Part shown: one piece after another, positions 1-7,543 of the stretch
Layout of the letters: each line of letters starts with the position of its first letter
Numbering within the stretch: the first letter of the stretch is position 1
DNA from: a virus
Lineage: Duplodnaviria; Caudoviricetes
Reading direction: 5' to 3' (one strand)
IMG/VR virus record: IMGVR_UViG_3300020045_005333
Coordinates: 1-25,673 of that record
DNA length: 25,673 nt
Made by a program: the position numbers and the translations under genes
The notes under the pieces: model-generated
Seen by the model: the letters and a program-made list of their open reading frames with translations, nothing else
Databases searched by the model: none
What the model was told of the DNA's origin: nothing

Positions 1-11
1 AATTATTAGCA

Positions 12-2216
12 ATGGCGGAGTTTGAAGATATAAATCAGAATATAAATCTAAAGTACACTACTAATGCTGATGAAACAGCAAAAGAAGTTGTAAAGCTTGA
101 CGATGCGCAAGAAAGTGTTACGCGTTCCACACAAGCTAATACGAAAGCTACTAAGGAAAACGATGTTGTTTACAAATCCATTAAAACGCAAGTCCGAGAG
201 GCTACGCAGGAAATGTATAAGATGCAACAGCAGTTCGGTTCTACTTCAAAAGAAGCTATTGCAGCTACTAAGAAAGTTGCGGAACTAAAAGACCAAATAG
301 GCGATGCTTCAAATCTTGTGGAGGGCTTCAATCCTGACAGGAAATTTCAATCAATGGCAACCGCTGTCAACGCAGCAGCCGTAGCGGCAAGTGGTATTAC
401 TTCAGGTATGGCTTTATTTGGAGCTGAAAGTCAAGAAACCGAAAAGGCGTTATTAAAAGTACAGGCGGCAATGGCTTTTAGTGATGCGATTGGTAGGATT
501 ACCGAAATGGGCGACGACTTTATGAAGTTGAGAGCGCAAGTAGTTTCTACATACACTGCATTAACAACAGCGAAAACAGCAGATACGGTTGCAAGTGAAG
601 TAAACACAGCGGCAAATGTTGAGGGGGTTGTAGTAAAAGAAGCTGGAGCAGTTGCATCAACGGCTATGGCTGGGGGTTTAACGATCCAAACAGTAGCCAC
701 AACAGCAGCCACAATTGCAACTAATATTTTAAACGCATCATTAGCAGTTTTATTAAGTCCGATTACATTAGTAGTTGTGGCGATTGCAGCATTAGTTGCG
801 GGTTTCTTATATCTTACTGGTGCAATTGGCGATTTCTCAGGAGATGCAGCCGCAGCAGAAAAAGCAAATAAAAACCTAAACAAAGAAATTGATAATCTAT
901 CGAAATCCACATCAAAAGCAAATGAGGAAACTAAGCTACATCATGATTCACAATTAGCAATGGCTAAAGCTTCAGGAGCGAGTACCGAAGCGATACGATT
1001 GTTAAAAGAGGAACTGATTAATTCCGAAGTAGCAGAAAAAAGGTTGAACGCTGTAAAGGCACAATCTATATTTTTGGAAGCTCGACGTGTTGCTGGTTTG
1101 GAAGATGCTACGGACGCACAAAAAGAAACGTCTAAAAAAGCATTTGAGTTATTCAAAGAACAAAACGAAATCTACAACGATAGTTTAAAAACACGTAGAG
1201 AATTAGCAGTTGCAAATCGAGTTGAAGAAACGCAAGAAGAAACCGACCACCAAAAAGAATTACAAGAAAAAGAAAAGGAGCATCAAAAAAAGCTACAAGA
1301 AGAAAGGGATAAGGCGGCAGAAGAAAAAAGAAAAAAAGCGAAAGAGGCTAGAGATAAAGAAGCGGCAGATTTAAAAGCAGCATTAGCAGAACAAGCTAGA
1401 AACGAGGCGGAAGGGCTTAAAACCATTACCGAAGAAATAGATATTGCACGTGAAAAGAATAACGCTTTTAATATTACGGCGCAGGAAAAAGAACTGCAAG
1501 ACGTTAACGATAGATATTTTGGGTTAATTGAAAAAGCTAAACAATTCGGGTTAGATACAACCGAGTTAGAAATTGCACAATTAAATGAGCGTAACGAGAT
1601 TAATTTAAAATATCAAGAAAAAGACTTAGAAACTAAAAAAGCACAAGCCGAAAAGGAGTTAGAAATTGAAAAAACTATTGCTGAGGCTAAGCAAACTATT
1701 CAAGATGCACAAGTAAACAATGTTGAAAGAGGTATTGCGTTATTAGGAAGTTTTGCGGGTAAGAATAAAAAACTACAAGCCGCTGCAATAGTAGCTGAAA
1801 ATGCAGTAGGTATTGCAAAATCAGTTATAGCGAGTAATGCAGCTATTCCAGCAATCAACTTAAAGTATGCAGCTATTCCAGGCGGTCAAGCGTTGGCAGC
1901 CACTGAAATATTAGCAAACAAAATATCAACAGGAATTTCAATAGCTACTTCAATAGCGGCAACAGCAAAAGCATTAAGCGCATTAGGTGGTGGTGGTTCG
2001 GCTGGTAGTGGTGGAGGTCAAAGTCAAAGTGGCGCAACACAAAGCGCAGCGGGAACACCAAATGTAGGGTTTCAAAACAGTACTGAAAATCAAATAGCAA
2101 CAACGGTTACTAATGGAATAAACACCCAAGAACCAATAAAAGCATTTGTAGTTTCTCAAGAAGTTACAACGGCTCAAAGTTTAGATAGAAATAAAATTGA
2201 ATCAAATAGCATTTAA
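12..2216 (+). CDS. Tail tape measure protein (734 aa)
   Basis: Long Ala/Thr-rich and E/K coiled-coil protein with a central hydrophobic segment (LLSPITLVVVAIAALVAGFLYL). Also carries 'LLKVQAAMAF' and C-terminal 'PIKAFVVSQEVTTAQSLDR' motifs typical of Bacteroidota siphophage TMPs. Confidence 0.8.
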   Translation: MAEFEDINQNINLKYTTNADETAKEVVKLDDAQESVTRSTQANTKATKENDVVYKSIKTQVREATQEMYKMQQQFGSTSKEAIAATKKVAELKDQIGDASNLVEGFNPDRKFQSMATAVNAAAVAASGITSGMALFGAESQETEKALLKVQAAMAFSDAIGRITEMGDDFMKLRAQVVSTYTALTTAKTADTVASEVNTAANVEGVVVKEAGAVASTAMAGGLTIQTVATTAATIATNILNASLAVLLSPITLVVVAIAALVAGFLYLTGAIGDFSGDAAAAEKANKNLNKEIDNLSKSTSKANEETKLHHDSQLAMAKASGASTEAIRLLKEELINSEVAEKRLNAVKAQSIFLEARRVAGLEDATDAQKETSKKAFELFKEQNEIYNDSLKTRRELAVANRVEETQEETDHQKELQEKEKEHQKKLQEERDKAAEEKRKKAKEARDKEAADLKAALAEQARNEAEGLKTITEEIDIAREKNNAFNITAQEKELQDVNDRYFGLIEKAKQFGLDTTELEIAQLNERNEINLKYQEKDLETKKAQAEKELEIEKTIAEAKQTIQDAQVNNVERGIALLGSFAGKNKKLQAAAIVAENAVGIAKSVIASNAAIPAINLKYAAIPGGQALAATEILANKISTGISIATSIAATAKALSALGGGGSAGSGGGQSQSGATQSAAGTPNVGFQNSTENQIATTVTNGINTQEPIKAFVVSQEVTTAQSLDRNKIESNSI

Positions 2217-2230
2217 TTAAAATATTTGTT

Positions 2231-2238
2231 TATATTTG
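2231..2238 (+). promoter_or_regulatory. Bacteroidota sigma-A -7 element (TATATTTG) upstream of head genes
   Basis: Exact TAnnTTTG match in the intergenic gap; no well-spaced -33 TTTG seen. Confidence 0.6.
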
Positions 2239-2247
2239 TTCAAAATA

Positions 2248-2265
2248 ACGTGTGAAGTTGCACGT
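2248..2265 (+). promoter_or_regulatory. 5' leader hairpin ACGTGT-GAAGTT-GCACGT
   Basis: 6-bp stem (one G-U) about 10 nt after the -7 element; loop GAAGT is complementary to ACTTC at the apex of the downstream terminator. Confidence 0.5.
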
Positions 2266-2312
2266 AACACATTACAGGACGTGAATAATTTTTGGTTGGT
2301 TAATAGATTGAT

Positions 2313-2345
2313 AAGCTTATCTACTTCGGTGGATAGGCTTTTTTT
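2313..2345 (+). terminator. Intrinsic terminator with cUUCGg tetraloop, 13 nt before the protease ATG
   Basis: AAGCTTATCTAC-TTCG-GTGGATAGGCTT (12 bp, 2 G-U) running into a T7 tract. Confidence 0.85.
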
Positions 2346-2358
2346 ACTTTTATAAATT

Positions 2359-3318
2359 ATGGAATATCCAATATACGAATTTATTATTAATCCTGACAGC
2401 GATCACTTTACAACATCGATAGTAAAGGATGCCGCAGTTGAAACTACGTTAATGTATTTCAATGCTGAAACGGAAAAGCCTATATTCTTTGCGAGTGAGG
2501 AAAAGAGAATAATTTATGCCGTTGCAATGCGACCAAATAAAAAGATATTCCGTAAAGAAACCGATTCAATGCCAGCGCACTATGGATATTTCACAGCCGA
2601 AAGTATAGAGAAATTTCAAGAGAATTACGCAAAGCATCAAGGAGATGGAAAAGTAAACGTAAACCATAACGGAGAATCAGTAAACGGTGTTTTTAAAATT
2701 GAAAATTGGATTGTTAAAAATCCCGAGATTGATAAATCAAAAGAATTAGGATTGACTACGGAAGTAGGAGATTTAATACAAGGTTTCAAGATTGAGAATG
2801 ACGATGTTTGGGAACAATGTAAAAATGGCAACCTTGACGGACTTTCAATCGAAGCGTCTTTAGGTCGCAAATTAGTAAGTAATTTTAAAACAGAAATAGA
2901 AATGAGTACAGAAAAGAACAAAGACAATCTTTGGAAAACCTTGACTGACTTTTTCTCTAGTGACTCAGCCGCAGCGGTTGAAGAAACCGAAGAGGAGAAA
3001 GCGGCAAGATTAGAAGCTGAAAAAATGGCAGAAGATACGCCACCAGCAACTACCGACACGACAGAGCTTGAGGCGGAAAACGAAATGTTAAAGCAAAAAG
3101 TTACAGAACTTGAAGCAACTATTGCAACACTTGAAGCGGACAAAGTGAAAGAGGAAACCACTTTAGAAACTATGAAAAAAGAAGTTTCAGAAGTAAAAGC
3201 TGCATTTGAGAAATTCAAATCAGAAACTCCGGCAGTTGCTCCGATTGTGAATGCTCCAGTTGAGGTTGCACATCCTAACAAAGCATTAGAAAAATTTAGA
3301 ACACAAAAAAACAATTAA
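2359..3318 (+). CDS. Prohead protease (XkdF-like serine protease) fused to a C-terminal scaffold region
   Basis: Motifs RIIYAVAMRPN, YFTAESIEK, NVNHN, ENWIV, VWEQCKNGNLDGLSIE; acidic coiled-coil C-terminal half; directly upstream of the capsid gene. Confidence 0.8.
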   Translation: MEYPIYEFIINPDSDHFTTSIVKDAAVETTLMYFNAETEKPIFFASEEKRIIYAVAMRPNKKIFRKETDSMPAHYGYFTAESIEKFQENYAKHQGDGKVNVNHNGESVNGVFKIENWIVKNPEIDKSKELGLTTEVGDLIQGFKIENDDVWEQCKNGNLDGLSIEASLGRKLVSNFKTEIEMSTEKNKDNLWKTLTDFFSSDSAAAVEETEEEKAARLEAEKMAEDTPPATTDTTELEAENEMLKQKVTELEATIATLEADKVKEETTLETMKKEVSEVKAAFEKFKSETPAVAPIVNAPVEVAHPNKALEKFRTQKNN

Positions 3319-3334
3319 TAAATAAAAAGAAAAA

Positions 3335-4357
3335 ATGGCAATAACTTATAACAAAGTAGATATTAGAGGTGTAGCAGCCGAGCCGATTATCGAAGAAATA
3401 TTATTCGAGAATCAAACAATTGCTAAAGGATTAGTAACGTTTGAAACAGACGTAAAAGCGGAAACAATTTTCACAGAGGCAAGCGCAACAGCAACGCTTC
3501 AAGAATTTGTTTGCGGAATCCCAACAAGTTCAGGAGAATTAAGCGCATTTGATTCAGTTGTAACTCCTAAAAAAGCAATGTTCTATCAAGAATTTTGCCC
3601 AGATAATTTACGTTTCTCTCGTTTCAAAAGAGATATGGCGGCTGGTTCTTGGAACAACATGAGTACAGAATTTGAAAGAGTTGTTATCGGTGGTGTTTAC
3701 TCTAAAAAAATGAGTTTAGCATTAGAGAATGAATTTTGGAACGGTGTAACAGCAGCAACTAAAACAGCAGTAGCGGCTTTAACAGCGGGTGCAGGTCAAG
3801 GCGCAGTTGGAGCAGCAGAAAAAACAGCTATTGCAGCTTTAACAGCTTCTCAAATTGACGGGGTTTTTGCTAAAATGGTTTATAATGATTCTAATGCAAC
3901 TCAAACTGCTGCGTTAGGAACACGTATCAAAGTAGCTGGAACAACATTAACTGCTGCAAACATCAAAGCAGAGTTTGATAAAATTTACGCTGCTATTCCT
4001 GCTGAGGTTTTAGCTGGTGCTGAGCAACCAATTATCTATGCACCAAGAAATGTAATGCAAATGATTGTTACGGCTAACAATGTAGTTTCAGATTTTAACA
4101 GACCATTTACTGTAAACGATTCTAATACAGAATTTCGTTTTAATGGTATCTTAATTGAGTTTGTGCCACTACCAAGTAACGTAGTAATTGCAGCTTTGAA
4201 ATCACATTTGTTTTGGGTAACAGATTTAGCTTCTGATAACAACACTATGAAAATTGATAGAATTGCAGAAAATAGAGAAGATATGTTTATCAAATCTATT
4301 TTATCAATTGGCGCACACGTTGCAAATCAGAAATTTAACGTTTTATACGTAGGATAA
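3335..4357 (+). CDS. Major capsid protein (340 aa)
   Basis: Follows the protease/scaffold; size; strongly biased codon usage (GCT/GCA, AAC, TTC); 'ALENEFWNG', 'FNGILIEFVP', 'LFWVTDLASD' resemble Bacteroidota phage HK97-fold capsids. Confidence 0.8.
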   Translation: MAITYNKVDIRGVAAEPIIEEILFENQTIAKGLVTFETDVKAETIFTEASATATLQEFVCGIPTSSGELSAFDSVVTPKKAMFYQEFCPDNLRFSRFKRDMAAGSWNNMSTEFERVVIGGVYSKKMSLALENEFWNGVTAATKTAVAALTAGAGQGAVGAAEKTAIAALTASQIDGVFAKMVYNDSNATQTAALGTRIKVAGTTLTAANIKAEFDKIYAAIPAEVLAGAEQPIIYAPRNVMQMIVTANNVVSDFNRPFTVNDSNTEFRFNGILIEFVPLPSNVVIAALKSHLFWVTDLASDNNTMKIDRIAENREDMFIKSILSIGAHVANQKFNVLYVG

Positions 4358-4368
4358 GAAATATTAAC

Positions 4369-4388
4369 ACCGCCTTTAGGGGCGGTTT
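4369..4388 (+). terminator. GC-rich hairpin with short U tract after the capsid gene (weak terminator or mRNA stabiliser)
   Basis: ACCGCCT-TTAG-GGGCGGT followed by only TT. Confidence 0.55.
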
Positions 4389-4403
4389 AAAAACTTAAAA
4401 AAT

Positions 4404-4952
4404 ATGCCACTTACATTAACAAAATCGGTAAAGTTAAAAGACCAATCTAAACAAGCGGGTATTAAAGCCGTTGGTGTTGGTGTTTGGAACTCTACCAATA
4501 GAATCGTTACAACGTCCGCTGGAGTTGTCGATTTGTCTACTTACTTCGGTGCTACTACAATTGCACGTTTAGAAGTTAAGAACACTACAACACGTTACGT
4601 TGAAACAGGGATTGCATTAGGAGATAACAGAAACGGTGGTTACAACGGATCAGTTACTTTAATGTTTTCAACTCCAGCGGGAACGGAAATCGAAAGAGCT
4701 AATTTATTGACTGAATTGTGTAAATCTGAAATCGTAGCATTTTTGGAATACTACGACGGAACAATAAGACCTATTGGTTCTCAAAATGGTGCGCAATGTA
4801 CTGCTCCAATATTAGATAGTGGTGGAACTATTGGCGATGCTAAAGGTTTTACTGTTACTATTACAACAATGGAAGCTGATCCGGCAGATTTGTATTTACT
4901 TACAGGCGATGCTATCACGGATTATGCTGCAGCTTTAAAAGCATACGTATAA
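4404..4952 (+). CDS. Putative major tail tube protein (182 aa)
   Basis: Beta-rich G/T-rich protein with AGIKAV, G-x-x-NG and 'GGTIGDAKGFTVTIT' motifs; highly expressed codon usage; followed by a strong terminator. Confidence 0.65.
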   Translation: MPLTLTKSVKLKDQSKQAGIKAVGVGVWNSTNRIVTTSAGVVDLSTYFGATTIARLEVKNTTTRYVETGIALGDNRNGGYNGSVTLMFSTPAGTEIERANLLTELCKSEIVAFLEYYDGTIRPIGSQNGAQCTAPILDSGGTIGDAKGFTVTITTMEADPADLYLLTGDAITDYAAALKAYV

Positions 4953-4967
4953 TAGAATAAATTTAAC

Positions 4968-4997
4968 AAAAGCCTATCAATACGGTAGGCTTTTTTT
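4968..4997 (+). terminator. Intrinsic terminator after tail tube gene
   Basis: AAAAGCCTATC-AATAC-GGTAGGCTTTT with a T7 tract. Confidence 0.85.
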
Positions 4998-5011
4998 ATA
5001 CCAAAATTAAA

Positions 5012-5338
5012 ATGAAAGTACTTTTTTTAGATGAGCCGTTAGTTTTTTCGTGTATTCCACGTAATTATAATATAGGTACTCTTTCATTAACACTACGAAA
5101 TGAGTTGTCGGACGTAGTTATTACGCCTGCATTCACTTACAACATTGACAGATTGCTTACAATTGCTATTACAACCCAACCTACTGATTTTGCAATACAG
5201 AATAAATACGAAATTACCGTTAAAAGTGATTCAAACACTATATATTTAGGTAAATTATTAGTATTAAAACAAGAAACTGACATACAGAATTACGAATATA
5301 ACACACAAAAAGATGAGTACTTCCAATTCAAAGAATAA
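5012..5338 (+). CDS. Hypothetical virion-associated protein (108 aa, beta-rich)
   Basis: Clean ORF with A-rich start context; overlaps the portal start. Confidence 0.6.
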   Translation: MKVLFLDEPLVFSCIPRNYNIGTLSLTLRNELSDVVITPAFTYNIDRLLTIAITTQPTDFAIQNKYEITVKSDSNTIYLGKLLVLKQETDIQNYEYNTQKDEYFQFKE

Positions 5339-6626
5339 TGTTTATACTTTTGAAGCGTTTTCAAAGTACCAACCGATTGATATAAAACCAGTTTTCGGAC
5401 GTAATTGGGTATTGAACGGAGTTAATAACACTAACTTTCAGATTTACCGAGATGCTTACGACGACAGCCCTACCAATGCTTCAATTATTAACTCTTACGC
5501 TTCATATATCTTTGGTGAGGGTATTGTAGGGATTGATAAATACTTATCGATTGACGATCAGGAATTAGCCACTAAAGACTTATATAAATATGGAGGATGT
5601 ACATTACAAGTTATTTGGAATATAGAAGACAGTCCAAATCCTCTTAAGATGGAATATTTACCAGTATATAAATTTGGGGTTAATTATGACGCTGTAAACG
5701 TAAAAGTAAATGGTTACTGGTATAGCTACGATTGGGTGAATAGATTTAGATACAAACCACAATTATACCCAATATTTACAGGAAAATATAAAGGCAACCC
5801 TTTAGAGATAATCTATATACGCAGACCAACCGAAGAACCTTTTTTCCCTGTTCCTGACTATTTAAGCGGAATCCCTTGGGCACAAATCGAGGGCGAAATA
5901 GCAAATACTGGAATTAATAAGTATCGCAACGGAATGGAAGATATTACTATTATTAACTCTAATAATGGTATGATTGCCGATCCGGACGAAGCGAAAAAAG
6001 ATGCAGACGAAATACGTGCAAAGGTTGTAGGAAGTGAAAACGCTGGTAAAGTTGTTGTTTCTTTGAATGAGGCAATGGAAAACGCTTTAACAGTTGATAG
6101 AGTTGCACCTCCTGAATTTGCACAACACAATGTATTTTATAGTGAGGAAGCCGAGCGTAAGTTAATAGTAGCGCATTCCGCTCCACCTGTAATATTTGCC
6201 GGTTCTAATAGTGGTAACGGATTTTCAAGTAATGCAGACGAAAGAGAAGTAGCCTTACAAGACCTTTACAGAATGAAAATCAATCCTTACAGACGTACTT
6301 TTATAAGTGGTATACTACCATTCTTTAAAGCGATTGGAATTGATACTTTAGAGTTTAAAGATTTTGAAACTAACGAAGAAATTCAAAACGACGATACTTC
6401 GGTTGTTGCATTAGACGAAAAGACTCTAGACGCACAGGCTCAATTAAAAGGAAGTGTTGGGGGTGTTCAATCACTTTTAGAAATTCAATCGAGTTACGCA
6501 CAGGGATTGACGACATACGATTCAGCAATTAATATGTTAGACGTTATTTTTGGATATAACAAAGAAACGGCTATTCGATTATTAGGTAAACCAAAATTAG
6601 AAACAACAGATGAAACTACTACTTAA
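5313..6626 (+). CDS. Portal protein (437 aa)
   Basis: Motifs YDDSPTNASIIN, FPVPDY, GSENAGK, LIVAH..PP, GFSSNADE typical of Bacteroidota phage portals; size. Confidence 0.8.
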   Translation: MSTSNSKNNVYTFEAFSKYQPIDIKPVFGRNWVLNGVNNTNFQIYRDAYDDSPTNASIINSYASYIFGEGIVGIDKYLSIDDQELATKDLYKYGGCTLQVIWNIEDSPNPLKMEYLPVYKFGVNYDAVNVKVNGYWYSYDWVNRFRYKPQLYPIFTGKYKGNPLEIIYIRRPTEEPFFPVPDYLSGIPWAQIEGEIANTGINKYRNGMEDITIINSNNGMIADPDEAKKDADEIRAKVVGSENAGKVVVSLNEAMENALTVDRVAPPEFAQHNVFYSEEAERKLIVAHSAPPVIFAGSNSGNGFSSNADEREVALQDLYRMKINPYRRTFISGILPFFKAIGIDTLEFKDFETNEEIQNDDTSVVALDEKTLDAQAQLKGSVGGVQSLLEIQSSYAQGLTTYDSAINMLDVIFGYNKETAIRLLGKPKLETTDETTT

Positions 6627-7068
6627 GCCTAACGACATACCACGTATCACTTCTTTATCTGGAAACATCGATATTGATAGTTTAAAGCCGCATATTTTCA
6701 CAGCGCAAGTAACCGATATTAAAAGAATATTAGGGAAAACTTTGTACGATAAAATATTAGAAGATACTTTGACTGATGAATATTTAACTATTTACGATGA
6801 CTATTTAGTATTTATTTTGTCTTATTATGCAACTGCTTACTATATGGATGATGCTGGTTATAAAATAGTAAACAATGGAGTTTTTAAAATGACTTTAGAG
6901 AATGGAGAAACAGTTTCTTTAAAAGAAATTCAATATTTAGCAGAAAAAAAACGTAAATTAGCAATTAATTTCGAGGGTCAATTATTGGCTTATTTAAAAA
7001 CAATAAGTATTCCAGAATACACGACTGAAAACGTAGTACAAAAAAAACCTTTTAACACTTGGTACTAA
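6610..7068 (+). CDS. Putative head-tail adaptor (DUF6712-like, 152 aa)
   Basis: Directly after the portal; 'NIDIDSLKPHIFTAQVTDIKRILGKTLYDKI' helical motif. Confidence 0.6.
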   Translation: MKLLLKPNDIPRITSLSGNIDIDSLKPHIFTAQVTDIKRILGKTLYDKILEDTLTDEYLTIYDDYLVFILSYYATAYYMDDAGYKIVNNGVFKMTLENGETVSLKEIQYLAEKKRKLAINFEGQLLAYLKTISIPEYTTENVVQKKPFNTWY

Positions 7069-7533
7069 ATGGCACAGATATTACATAATATTTCAACTCC
7101 TAACGATGGATTAGGTGACCCATTAAGAACGGCGTTTGACAATCAAAACGAAATGAACACCGAACTTTATACAACTAAGGTTGATAAGGTTGTTGGCAAA
7201 GAATTGAGTTCAAATGATTTTACTGATGCTCAGGTTGTAAAATTAGCGGGTATTGAAGAGGACGCAGAGGTAAATGTTCAGGCTGATTGGAATCAAAACG
7301 ACGATACAGCAGACGATTATATTAAGAATAAACCAACCGTAGCGGCTCAACTACCTTACAAAGAAGAATTCATAGCTACAGGAACAGACTTTATAGTTCC
7401 TACAAATTCAATTGTGATATTTGTAACATTGAATAATTTACCTACCTTTGGTTTCTCAAGAGTGGATGATGTTGTTACGGTAACGGACGCTATTACGGAC
7501 GACTTAGTACACATCTACGGTTTACAATCTTAA
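7069..7533 (+). CDS. Small tail/fibre anchor protein (154 aa)
   Basis: N-terminal NDGLGDPLRTAF..N.M.TELY (T4 gp9/gp10-like N-terminal motif), KVDKVVGKELSSNDFT and VQADWNQ...DYIKNKP fibre repeats, small C-terminal beta domain. Confidence 0.65.
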   Translation: MAQILHNISTPNDGLGDPLRTAFDNQNEMNTELYTTKVDKVVGKELSSNDFTDAQVVKLAGIEEDAEVNVQADWNQNDDTADDYIKNKPTVAAQLPYKEEFIATGTDFIVPTNSIVIFVTLNNLPTFGFSRVDDVVTVTDAITDDLVHIYGLQS

Positions 7534-7543
7534 AAACAATTAT

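Noticed and set aside
97-2177. Alternative-frame and antisense ORFs within the TMP (97-288, 431-910, 941-1156, 1983-2177)
   Set aside because: Shadows of a codon-biased gene; no start context or protein-like features.
4934-4940. In-phase slippery heptamer T TTA AAA at the end of the tail tube gene
   Set aside because: The -1 frame stops at 4958-60, extending the protein by only two residues and reaching no downstream domain.
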